From Calcarisporiella thermophila CBS 279.70 (lineage: Eukaryota; Fungi; Calcarisporiellomycota): a stretch of 64,000 bases of DNA. Position numbers and translations under genes: made by a program. This document shows positions 37,472 through 52,354 of the stretch, in pieces. A model generated the notes under the pieces. The model was given only the letters and a program-made list of their open reading frames with translations. It was not told the DNA's origin and ran no database searches. The DNA lies in contig NW_027192210.1 in the NCBI RefSeq assembly GCF_041956535.1, positions 190,273 through 254,272 of the forward strand, read 5' to 3'. The number at the start of each line of letters is the position of its first letter. Position 1 is the first letter of the stretch.

Positions 37472-40254
37472 TTAGTCATCGGCGATATTCCAGCTCTTCC
37501 GCCACCTCAAGTGCTTCAGCTGTCGCGACGGATACCCGACCCCGAACGAAATATCCGCAAAGTACACAAACGTGACCACCACGGCAAAGAGCAGTGCCAG
37601 CAATGCAGTGATACGCGCGAAGGATGGGAGGCGGACGGTGAGCACGCCCTCTATAAGATAACAGGGCATGAAGGCGGAAAAATAGAGGGCGGGGAAGTAG
37701 TGATGCAGATAGGTCACCCGACCCATTATCCAGAAGGGTAGGTAATGCAGCAGCCAGCCAATGCCGACTAGTTGGCCAACATGAAGCATCTGGTACCATT
37801 GTTCTAAGAAGGGCCAGGTTTCAAGGATTAACCACAAGTGAAAAAAAAAGAACACCCAACAGCACGGCACACTCATTCCATACCTGGTCGCAAATCGTAC
37901 ATCTGCCGCTTCTGCCTCAGGACAAGTCCCATGAGAATTAGGGCGAATAATCCTATGGAGCCGATCGAGGACCACCACACTATGGGGTTGCCGAGCAGGT
38001 AGAATTTGATGGCATCGTCGGCCCAGTTGCACATGCGCAATCCCACCGTGAGAAGTGGCCATTCGCGGGGAAGGGAGGAGATAATATCCTCTTTGTTGGG
38101 ATCCGGGGTCATGGCATTATTGCTGGTCATCATTGCAACGTTGAGATGGATCACATTCTTAAGGAAATTGGATCGAGCGCGGTAAAAGTTTTTAGGCGGA
38201 GGTGGGACTGCACGGGTGGAGAGGCATTTTAGTCAGTCCGAAAGTAAATAGAGGGGGAGGACAAGGGCGGAAACGAGTACTTACGATTTTCATGCCAGTG
38301 CTTCTCGATATTCCACATGGCATAAGGGTCATTGACCGGATTGTCCTTCTCACAGGTCACCTCGATTTGCTTGAATCCCCACTGAGGCAGGTTGGTGCGA
38401 CGCGCCGCCAGAAGACATCCCAAGAGCTTATGCCTCAGTCTAAAGCGGGTCAGCAGGGTGCGCAGGTGGCCCACATTTCCATAGGTGTCGTCGACAATCT
38501 CCACCCTCCACAAATCGTTGTCATCCCCAAACGTCGCGTTCCCGTAGCAGCTGACTTCCCACTGGGATTTTGTGACGGGCGCTTCGACGGCATGGCTGTG
38601 CAATGTGTGGCCAGTGAAGCGATGCAACACGCGAACCACGTCGCCATCCTTCACCTCAGTGAATGGGCCCTCTGTACTGGGAAGGGGCTCTCCGAGGGGC
38701 GGCAAAAAGATCCAATCGTTATTATCATCTTTGTGGTGATAGCACGTCACCTGCTGTTGCTTGGACCCGACGGGATAAGCTTGTACATGCGAGTGCAGCA
38801 AGCCGCCACCGAAGCCAGAATTCTTGATGGTGACATTGGAGCCGTATATGACATCCACCGGGCTCTTGTCAAGGTCATTCCCAATGAGCCCTGCTTGGAA
38901 AAGCGAGGTCATCTGAGCATCGCCCGGTCCGCTCCGTGTGAGAATCGCAAAGTGAATCGCGAAACATGCCAAGTAGATGGCGATGGGCACCAAGATGAGG
39001 CACACAATTCGCGCCATCCAATGCTTAATGTAGGTCGACTGTTCAAATCGAAGACAGAGACTAAGTCATTACCAAGATTGACTCGAATTCAACCTGGAGG
39101 GAACTTACGACTGGCATTTGGAGATCCCCTAACTTATTCCAGAGATCCAAAACGGTGTATAATCCGACCAGCGCAACCGCAAAGAGCCCGACCCACTTGA
39201 CACTCGACACACATCCAATAGACACCCCCGTCAGGAAGAGCCAGGCCCACCATCGAGTTGAAAATGGTCTGCCAAAGAAGAAATTGGTTGTAGTTAGCTC
39301 CTCCCTTCCCTCATGGTCAATAGTTCGATAATTACTCATTTTGACAGTTGTGGAATTTCGCTAGGCAATAGAAGCTGGTGCTCGTGAAGAAGAGCAGGAT
39401 TGAATCCAAGAGAATAAACCGACTAATTGTCAAGAGCGCATTATCTAAGTGTGGATAGTGGGCAATGAGCACTTGGTGCTCTCATCTGAAGAGAAGTGAT
39501 GGTGCTCGTGTCTACGTTACCTAATAAAATCATCGTGCCTACCACCAACGCCGCCAGCCGCGAGTATTTGAGCTCCAATGCCGTGAAATAGGCAATGGGC
39601 ACTATCAACGCGCCAAACGCGGCACAGAACAGGCGCATGACAGAATAGTTGACATTTTCGGGGTAATCTTTACCAGATTCGAAGTCGAACGAACCATCAT
39701 ATCCAGCCAAAATGCCCGAGAGACCAATGAGCATCTTCCCCAGCGGTGGGTGGACATCAAAGTAAAATTCGCGCTTCAAGTAATGAGATGCAAACTAATG
39801 GAGGACGGATGGGAGAGGAGGAGGGGAGAGGGGAATAAATATTCTGGAATAAATAGGCACTAATGAAACTCATTCAATCTACCTTTCCAAAGTGCGCCTA
39901 GTGTGGAAAAGTGAATATCTGATTAAGAGCGGTTCCAAATCTTCTACTGGAGTAGATAATTACCTCGTCCCACACGACATATTTTGCGTAGTCAATATCA
40001 ACAAATCGCGTGAAAAAAGCGAAAAAGGTCAGCAATAAAGGCAATGCTATATCCCAAACATTCTGGTATATGCCCAGGTACAGTATGCAGCCGCGTTAAT
40101 CCCAATTGCAAAATAGCTCAGGTTAGGCAGCAAGTACCTTTTTTGTCAATGGCTTCTTGGCAAGTCTGTCGTATTTCTCTCCTTCTCTCACATCGCTAAA
40201 AGGAATGTCGCGCTTTTCACTCCTTGCCAAGTGGCGTTGTCGGAGAGTATCCAT
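37472..40254 (-). CDS. PMT2: Dolichyl-phosphate-mannose-protein O-mannosyltransferase, Pmt2 subfamily (GT39)
   Basis: VVWDE|AHFGK|[33 protein letters not shown] domains ([32 protein letters not shown]), [25 protein letters not shown]. Confidence 0.95.
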
Positions 40255-40804
40255 TATTGATCTTTTACCTTGTCAAGGTTTGAAGTGAAAAAAGAAAAAT
40301 TAGAGCAAAGAGAAATAGGAAGCTCAATATTTTTTTTACTCAATATAAAGAAAGGAGAATAAAAAAATAACAAGGCGCAGGCTCAAAGAGATTTGCCCTG
40401 ACCCCTTTATTACCTCCTTTATTATCTGTCTTCGAGAGGGCGAAGGAAACCCTTGAGGAATGAAAGGAAAATGAATACAAAATACTCCGAACGCAGTCAC
40501 AACCGATCACAATTGACTGTGCCTTCCCAGATATTAACGGACAATTTCTAAAATTACCTCCTTGGGGAGATTTTCCGGGAGCCTTCACGGTCAATCGCAC
40601 TATTACACTCTATTCAACGAAAGCAAGAAAATCCAATGCATCTATGGCGAGTTGGTGGCGTAAACGAAAGTATTGATGACGAGAGCTGCCAGATTTATCC
40701 CTCCAAAAGGCGGTATCCGGGACTAATGACTATTTCCATTTCGAAACGAGCCCATTTGCCCAACAATCCGCCCAATAGGTCGCCACTTTTGTAGTAGAAG
40801 CATT

Positions 40805-41115
40805 AAAAAACTAACTCGGGCTGGATTCGATCCTACAGTTGCAGACAGGCGAAAGTGCAAGCCTCTTCGCAGTAGATTTCCGTTTCGGACTAAGAGCGGG
40901 TCGCTTGCCATATAATTAGCGACTAATCACGTTCATATCCTTTCGATTAGCCGCTCTCTCTGGCCCCCCTATTCATAAATTGCGCGGACATTGGCGGTTG
41001 AAATGCACGAATCCGAGGGAAATAGCTTTCCCGCTACGATGAAGGCTGGGAGAGCGGCTTGGTAGGCAAACTCATTGCTCGCTATTAGGTTTAAAGCCGG
41101 TAGCAGCACCTCTCC
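40805..41115. ncRNA. Putative structured non-coding RNA, family unidentified
   Basis: Dense nested helices in intergenic DNA; B-box-like GGATCGAATCC and T6 run on the minus strand. See findings. Confidence 0.4.
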
Positions 41116-42056
41116 TCTTCTTTACATGCGCTCTCTTTCTAGCGTGGCGCCAAGAGTCCTTGGGAAACTCCTGGTTTGGGCAGCCGATGGAAGAGTGACA
41201 GAATACCGTTGACGAAATTTCAAGCCCCGAATGCAAAAGACGATCTTAAACTCTACCTCAATCAAGTCTAAACTTTAATGACTCGTTTTTGGACAAAAGA
41301 GGCAAATTCTCTCCACTTGGATCCGCGACTGTATTCGACATAGCGTGGAGAGCTCTTTTATAAGTCTTTGTCAAGTATGAGAAATTAGCCAAGCAGTTCT
41401 ACACGAACCGCAACATGGGCAGTCGTGATGAGCGGCTCTTGTTAACAAACAAAGGGGCGTGGCTAGTCTCGCGCAAAGAATCTACACTCAACGGAGAAGC
41501 CAACAACCGCTGAGGCTGGTGGGGGAAGGGGGGTTACTCAGAGTTTGGCTTTGTGTATTTTCTATTTTTCTCTCCCAGAGGATAGGGGTTTTGTTTGCTA
41601 GATAATGGAAGCAAGGAAGTTCTTTGTGGGCTGCTCTACCATTGTTTTTCAGGAACTTGCCACGAGCCTCCGATAGAGACGATGCAGAGGTTTGGACCAC
41701 AATCCTAATTACAGAGGATACAATGCGAACAAGGGCTGCGGCCTCAAGGAGAGGCCCTAGGTTGCGGGAGCCGTAATATCAAGCGGTTGGGAGAGCCGAG
41801 ATCATATATAATGCGCTCTCTCAATGTGTCTTTTCATTATCTTCGGAGAATTGGCCGGGAGTCGTAGCGAATCGCCGAGCAGGATCAAGGTACGGGTCAC
41901 AATGCGGGTTATGCAGCCTAGCTCTACGTATTGTCTGATTACACAGCCAGCAGACCTTATAAATCTTGGGGTTTTTTTTTCAGTCTCCATCTGTTAGACT
42001 TTGCCTCTCTTCTGTTGTGTTGAGTCTATGACCTTGGTCCCAAGGTCGCTGGTGTT

Positions 42057-43279
42057 ATGTACAAACGGTTGTTTCTCTTGTTTCTCTCACTGCTGTTGAT
42101 TGCATCGTATATCCTATGGAATTCTCCTCTCCAATGGCCTCCCCCGAAGCCGGAATTGGGTTTCCAACAAAACATCACCACGCTGGTCGTCTTTGGAGAC
42201 AGCTACTCAGACAATGGGCATACTCGTGCAAGAAAGTACTCCTTTGCTGTAAGTTCTCTGATTTTGGAGAGCTGCACGGCACCCCAATACTCAATCTTCC
42301 TTTCCGACTGGATAGAGAAAGTATTCGACCAACGGCAAAACTTGGAATCAGTATCTTAGCGATCGCCTGTCTTTCACGCTCTATAATTTCGCATGGAGCG
42401 GGGCGACGGCCGACAATGTAGGGCTGCCTTTCTTAGATGCCGAGAAAGACTAAGCCTAACTTCTCTTTCACCAAATAGTCTATTGTGAAGCGCTACACCC
42501 CCAGTGTAAAGGAGCAGGTCAAGCTCTTCTACCGCGGCGCCGTTGACGGGGTGCACGGCTCGTCGCTAAAGTGGAGTCCTGAACGCACGCTGTTTAGCAT
42601 ATGGATCGGAGTCAATGATGTGACCGATATCTTTTTTCAAGGGGATAACGCTACACGGTACGACCTTGATATCGCTTCCGTCCGAAAATCCATGGTAAGC
42701 TTTTCTCCCGGCTTCCGCTTTCTTCACGGATGAGTCCAGGTTAGACTAACGGCTCGCTGAACTTCGCTCCCGGCCACAGGAGGATTTGGTTAGCCATGGG
42801 GCTCGCCACTTCATGCTGATCAACGTGCCCCCGATCCAACACATGCCCATAGTCTGGCAGCGATCGCGCAGCAATTCCACCACCGTCTCCCGATTCTCCA
42901 CCCTTGTCCAGTCCTACAACACAAAGCTTGAGCAGCTTGCGCGGACTTTCCGCGCATTCCACGCTGACGTCGGGGTAGATGTGCTATTCATCGACGCTCA
43001 TGGCATCTATAGCGAGCTCATCCAGAGTAACCTCTTTGCTAACACTGAGGACCCGTGCTCACCAGAGAGCAGCCTGTGGAGGCATTGCCGGCACCCAGAC
43101 AACTATTTGTTCTGGGACACCTGGCACCCTACAAGTAAGTCGAGTGCGGACTCTCTATATTATGAAACACGACGCTGATCCACTTTTCTTCATGTTTAGC
43201 CCGGGTCCACAGGATGATGGCGGAGGTCGTCTACGAAGTATTGGTAAAACACTGGACCCTCCCTTCCCCTGCTGTGTAG
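42057..43279 (+). CDS. GDSL/SGNH hydrolase (CE16-like esterase) with N-terminal signal/anchor
   Basis: Block I LVVFGDSYSDNG, block II NFAWSGATADN, block III IWIGVND, block V YLFWDTWHPT. Four introns. Confidence 0.92.
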
Positions 43280-43815
43280 GGTGACGAGCTATTTGTGTCC
43301 ATCTATATCTCTTATTTATTTGCTATCCACTCACCTGACGATCTATATCTGTATTAACTGATACTCTCTACCTCGTGTTTAATACCCCCTCTCCCCCTCC
43401 CAGCTATCCCGCTTGTAATTCAACCTCTTTTGATCAAGGATCTCCAACCTTTATTTTTTTTTTCTGTACAATATATGAATGATGGCGACAACATCCTGAA
43501 AATAAAAAAAGTCCGATATATATATATACAACATTGTACATAGCCTTTGTGAGTTAAAAATAGGCAAGTTATGTTGACGGGAGGTGAAGAAAAAAAGTAT
43601 GGGAAATTAGAAACAAATAAAAGCGATTAGATCGAGGTGTTTTGCCGCTGGGATGAATGGGTGAATAGGTGCCGTAATAGAAGACCGGGGCATTAGAGGT
43701 ATATAAAAGAAAGAGGAGTAAAAGATTAAAAAAAAAAGGGGGGGGGGGAAACAAAAATACAGGGTTCAACAGTGGGATGTCGTCATGATGAATTGTAAAA
43801 AAAAAGACAAGCTGC

Positions 43816-45649
43816 TTATGACGCTTGGCAAGATAGACTGGCTTCTCGCTCACGCATCTGAGCTTCCTCGGCCACATTTCTACTGCCCCGGGGCTCGCGT
43901 GAGACTACTTCTAGGGTAATATTCCACGGTAGCTGGCTGCTCCATTCCTCGCTATTAAAACTGAATACGGATCGATTCCGTCGTAGAGTGGTGCCTCTCC
44001 CATCCTCTTGCATCAACATGGAGTTGTGTTGCGACATCGTCCTGGATGTATGGGAGAGATCGAAGGACGTCAGGCCTAAAGGCTGTCGGCAGGTTGGGCA
44101 GGAGGGAGCTTGGCAAGCTCGCTCAAACCATGCACGCAAGCAAGAGGCATGAAAGCAGTGGCCGCAGGGAAGACGTTTTGCATTGGTCATGGTGTCGCGG
44201 CAAATTGCACAGTCATCTTTATAATCCTGTAGCTCTTTCACCGTTGCACTGGGATATCTGATCAGATATGAGGCAAAAAGGAAAAAAAAAGAAGAGGAAA
44301 ACCCCGTTTAGTATTCCATACTACTTAAGCATCTCTGTTGTCGTTGAATAGGAGACGAACCTGGTCTGCATATCCGAAATCACCCTCAGATAGTGATAGT
44401 AGCTTGTGATTTTCTTCCTTAAATTATTGAATACGCTTCGCATATTAAGGAGGAGCACCGCATCGATGAGGGTCAAAGAAACCCCGTGCAACAGGATGAT
44501 ATGCATGTAATGGCCAAGGGTCGCGACGAGGATGAGTATATCTGTGATGAACTCGGTGTAATAAAGCATAACGCCTTTTTCTTCCCAGATCCCACTGGTG
44601 GAGAGGTCGCGGATGTGGATGCCGTATTTAATGAGGGTTTGAAGAGTATCAAGAAAGAGGGTGAAAGACTATAGAATAAAAATAGGAGGGAGGGTTAGGG
44701 CGAGCGCTTACAGAGGATAGAATAAGAGAAGGTAACCTCAAAAGTAAGTAGTAGGAGCATAGTCGGAAATATCGAGGCACATACTGAGAACCAGAACACA
44801 TCAGACACCAGAATCAGAACAAGCAATGACAGAATTTTCAGATGGGATTTGAATGGTACATTGGGGCAGAAGGCCAACTGCTCATCGTTAAAAATAGCGC
44901 ATCAACATCAGCATTCGTCTCAATTAATTGCTTAGCGCAAAGGTCATTATTACTTACGTATTCAAAGCGATCCCGGCAGAGCATGCTAAATATTCTTAAA
45001 AACCCGAGGATGGTGAACCATGAGATCCAAATCATAAGATCCTCCCATTTGGGCTCGAGGATAGCTCCAATGAACACAACCTTGAAAAGCAAAAAATTCA
45101 GCAGTCTGTCGCGCATGTGCTAAAATGGAAATCATGAAGGTGAGCAACACTGTCAGAAATCAAGGAATGTGAATAGGGCTGATCGGAAGACTCACTTGGC
45201 TTTCAATCACACGCAATTCGCCAAAAAAGAATCGTAAGGTGGTGCGACCCAGAAGGTAGAGCATACAGTAGGCCATATTTAAAAAGACCTGGTGCACATC
45301 GGGAAACACTAGTTAGCATAAGTTTGCCATCAGAGGTTTAGAATCGACTCACAAGTACGCAAATCTTCTCATTCTGTAAAAAATAAAAAAATGATTGTAG
45401 GATGGCGCTTAGATGCCTGTTTGTAGCAAGTACAGCCTCGGATGGAGCGCGTGCGAGATACCGCTCTGCCAGGAATGGCATTCCGAACAGCATGTCCTTG
45501 GCTCTTAATGGTTCAGGATCATGGGCGGATGATTCTGGATATGACGTAGCAATGGCCTGAAACGATGTCCACAAAGTGCCGGTAAAAAAGGAATAGCAGA
45601 TGGTAAGCAAGGTTGCCGCTAATGAGAAGCAAAACCACTTGATCCACAT
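43816..45649 (-). CDS. Polytopic RING-H2 ERAD E3 ligase, AMFR/gp78-like
   Basis: FFGELRVIESQ|HMRDRLLNFLLFKVVFI, multiple TM segments, RING-H2 DDCAICRDTMTNAKRLPCGHCFHASCLRAWFE..SCPTCR. Confidence 0.88.
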
Positions 45650-46772
45650 TGTATAAGAGACATGAAGAGAGAAACAAAGGTCCTAAGTTCTGAGAGCCAG
45701 AAAATGAAAATAAGTTTCCCTTTTAATTTGTGGCGAGAGCATCGTCTGGCTTTCAAATGTGACGTAGCAAGAATGATTATCGGCCGCATACGGGCGAGGG
45801 AGAGAGCTTAAATTTAGAGTGGATAGACGGTGGGAGTAAAAATAGGCGTTGTACTAGTGCAGCGTGACTCTTTTGCTTACCATGGCCAAGTCTTTATTTA
45901 GATCGATAGCAGCATAATACACCATTTGGCGTCAGCGTAGTCGATGGACGAGTCATATCCGTGTTCTGATTTCTCATGATCCTGAAAGTTTATGTTGTAT
46001 CCATTGCTTAGTAAAGAATTGGTTTTGGGACCTGGGGAGCACGCAGGGGGAAAAATGGAAAATAAAGCAGCGTTTAACTTTTTCAAAATAAAAACAAAAC
46101 ACTCATCTACCAAAGCTTAAAGAAATGGGACCAGATTTCCCCCAAATCACGGCCCTTATCCTTCCGAGCGTATTATTCGAGCTTCAATAAGTACTCATTC
46201 GATCAGGCGATTTTTAGCATCCCGGATCGGAACTGGCGCCATATCAGTCAGAATGAAAGGGGAAAATTTTGCCGCCAATGTCTGGGAGTCGAAATGGATA
46301 AGAGTTTAGGATATACGGGCGCTTCAGGGGAGGCCGATGAGATTGCCTCCAAGAATAAAGAACTCCTATTCGGAAACACTCTAAAGGTTTTGACTCCAAG
46401 CCGAATTTTAGAATCCAATAAGCGTAACCGCCACTTTAGGATGTGGCAGGACCCTGATGCTTAGCTCTTGGGAACAGTTGCACTGGAAGTTGAAGGCTAG
46501 AACTCTGGGCCAGGCCCTTATTTCCAGATTGCACTCCTCTTCTCCCACTTGATGCAATTCTCCATCATTCTATGTCCACACTCGAGGTCGGGTCTTTGTA
46601 GAAAGTTAAAAAGTTTGAAAATATAATAAGAATTCACTCTATTCTTCCCCCAGCCATGTCGCAGTTTAGATTAAACCCCCATGAGAGATAACTACAAGTG
46701 GCAGAAATAATACGATAGCAGCCACAGAGAATAAAAAAAAATAAAGTTCATAGAATAATATGGATCTATCGT

Positions 46773-47681
46773 CTAAGCTCTACGCTGGTACTCTTTAAAA
46801 GCTTCATCTTCCCAGTTAAAGTATCCACCCGAAAAAGCTTTTGGAGCATCAAGTGCTAGCGCAGCAATAACATGGCCAGGTTCTCGGGCATCTACGAGCT
46901 GATTCTGTGCATGCAGATTGATAAACTTTTGATGTTCCTCAGGTTTCATGTTGGCGGCACCTATTGTGACAGGATAGGGGGTCTAGTTCAAATTGCTTTC
47001 AGAAATAGAGGGAGATAGGTTGGCTACCTTGTTCTCTGACCAGGGATTGCATCTCGGTGTCCAACACGCCAGGGCGTATGGCCATACTTATAAGATCCGG
47101 TTCCTCCATGCCTAGACTCGCAACAAACATGTTCAAGGCGGCTTTGGAGGCACAGTAAGAGCTCCATCCACTATAGGCTTTAGTGGAGGCCCCAGAACTT
47201 ATTGCAATGAAGCGGCCTTTTGAAGGGGCAACGCGTAGGAGAGGCAACGCACGTTGAACGAGAGCAATGATGGAGAAAAAATTGACGTCAAATGCGCGTT
47301 TCCATTCGGCTTGAGACAGAGAGGCGACAGGCTCGATTTGAAGTACCCTGAAGAAAACCCAGTGAAATTCTTTAACACAACATGCGATGAACAATACAAA
47401 GTAAGAGTCAGGAAACTTTACCCGGCATTTGCTACCACGGCATCCAGTCTTCCCCACTTGGTTTTAGCGCATTCAACTGCCTGGGAAATAGTGGATTCTT
47501 CAGTTACATCACCCACGATAATTTCACATCGATCTCCTAGTTCGTTCCTCAAATCTTCCAATTTTGCCCTAGTTCTAGCAATGGCAACTACGTTGGCGTT
47601 CTTTTTGACAACTGCGCATGCAATGGCGCGTCCCAGGCCTTGCGAGGCGCCAGTAATGAGGACAACGGGTAAAGAGGACAT
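46773..47681 (-). CDS. Short-chain dehydrogenase/reductase (benzil/sepiapterin reductase-like)
   Basis: VVLITGASQGLGRAIA, VVANAG, ISSGAS, catalytic YCASKAA, IRPGVLDTEMQ. Confidence 0.93.
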
Positions 47682-48769
47682 GCTCGGGGGCGGAATGAAA
47701 TATGTCAGAGGAAAAAGAAGAGTATTAAATAAGCGAGACAGAGGAGATGCTGGAGATGTCGACGATGTCGAGGGTGTTGAGGGGGTAGGCTGAGGACACA
47801 CCGATTCAATCGTGTACACGGGGTATATTCTCGAAGATGGCCGAGAAGGCATCTTGATTTGCTGCGCCACGGGATCTTGAGAAATCAACGCTCCCGCTAG
47901 TAACTCCAAAACGACACTTCAGTTGATGTTGGTAAAGAGAAGGCTATATGGCGTGGAAAAGAAGGCAAAAAGCGAAAAGAGTCTCTAAAGAGGTGGGTTT
48001 GTTTGCCACCGGTATTTCCGTCCTGGAATATATTTTAGAAACGGACGACCGCACGACAATGTCAACCAGTGTCATGTGACGTCTCCACTATCCAATTTTC
48101 CCAACATTCTATTTTCGACCTGTCTATACGAGAGCTCGAATACAGACTCTCGTCCAACTTAAATTCATGTGGAAGGGAACGAGTCGAAACTGGGCCCAGT
48201 TCTCAAATGTCTCACTCCCCTATTGTAGATATGCGCACATGATTCCCTAAGAGGCCCCCCTTGGTGCCGAAAAGTCTGTGTTAGTTTATTAGTACGAGAT
48301 ATCGTACGCTGTGCCCAATCCCAGCCCTCTCACCTAATAAGCGGGAGGAGTCAAAGCGATACTTTAATCGGATAGAAAGCGACCTACTTTTCTGGTTAGA
48401 CCCCTATTGGGCCAGGCGCCTATCCTCATGTTATCTTTACACATTTTATATTAGGGCTTGGATCAAGATTGTCTTGTAACATAGCCTTAAAACTGGAGAT
48501 CTATTTACTAGAAAGCTTAAAGGGCCAGTTTTCAAAATGCTTTTCCAAACTAAAGTTGGGTCTGGATAGTTTGCTTCGAAGTTGAAGCCACATAGGGGAA
48601 AAAAGTACATCTTTAATTAAATCAGAAAAAGAGTCACAAAGTAAACCATTTCAAACGAAGATATAAAAAAGTGATATCTAAGTGAAAAAATAAAATAAGA
48701 AATCTATATTTTATTTCATCAGAACATACCAGAAATGAAAAGAAAAAGTGCCCACGGACCTCAAAAAGT

Positions 48770-51927
<3,158 letters not shown>

Positions 51928-52354
51928 GGTGATTAAGAGGATTCTTCTTCCCAAGTGATGAGTATTAAGCGAGGATAAATGACCCCAAAGCAAGTGTGTG
52001 TATGTATTTGTATCGTTTCGAAACAAAACAACACTGCTTACAAACCCAATATTTGGCTTGTGTGATAGTAATTTTGCATTGATAGATCTACGCGAATAAA
52101 AACCGCACACGTTTTGACAGTTTTCGTGCCATAAATTTTGTTACCATTTCAAAATGCGTTGGGTGCAATCAGAGAAATAGAATGGTATATAGAATAGTAA
52201 AAAAGAAAATTAAAAAAAAAAGAAGCTCCCGAATAAAAAGTAATCAAAATAGATTTTAGAAGAGTAGATATAGTTTTTTTTAAAAGAAAATAATGCACGC
52301 AAAGTAAATCCACTAAGAAGAGAGAAGAAAAATGAAGAAATCTATTAAAAAGAG

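Noticed and set aside
38202-39200. 332-aa plus-strand ORF
   Set aside because: Antisense to the PMT2 MIR-domain exon; no motif.
40811-40920. tRNA or tRNA-Sec interpretation of the B-box element
   Set aside because: No consistent cloverleaf or anticodon arm and no UCA anticodon; kept as an unidentified structured element.
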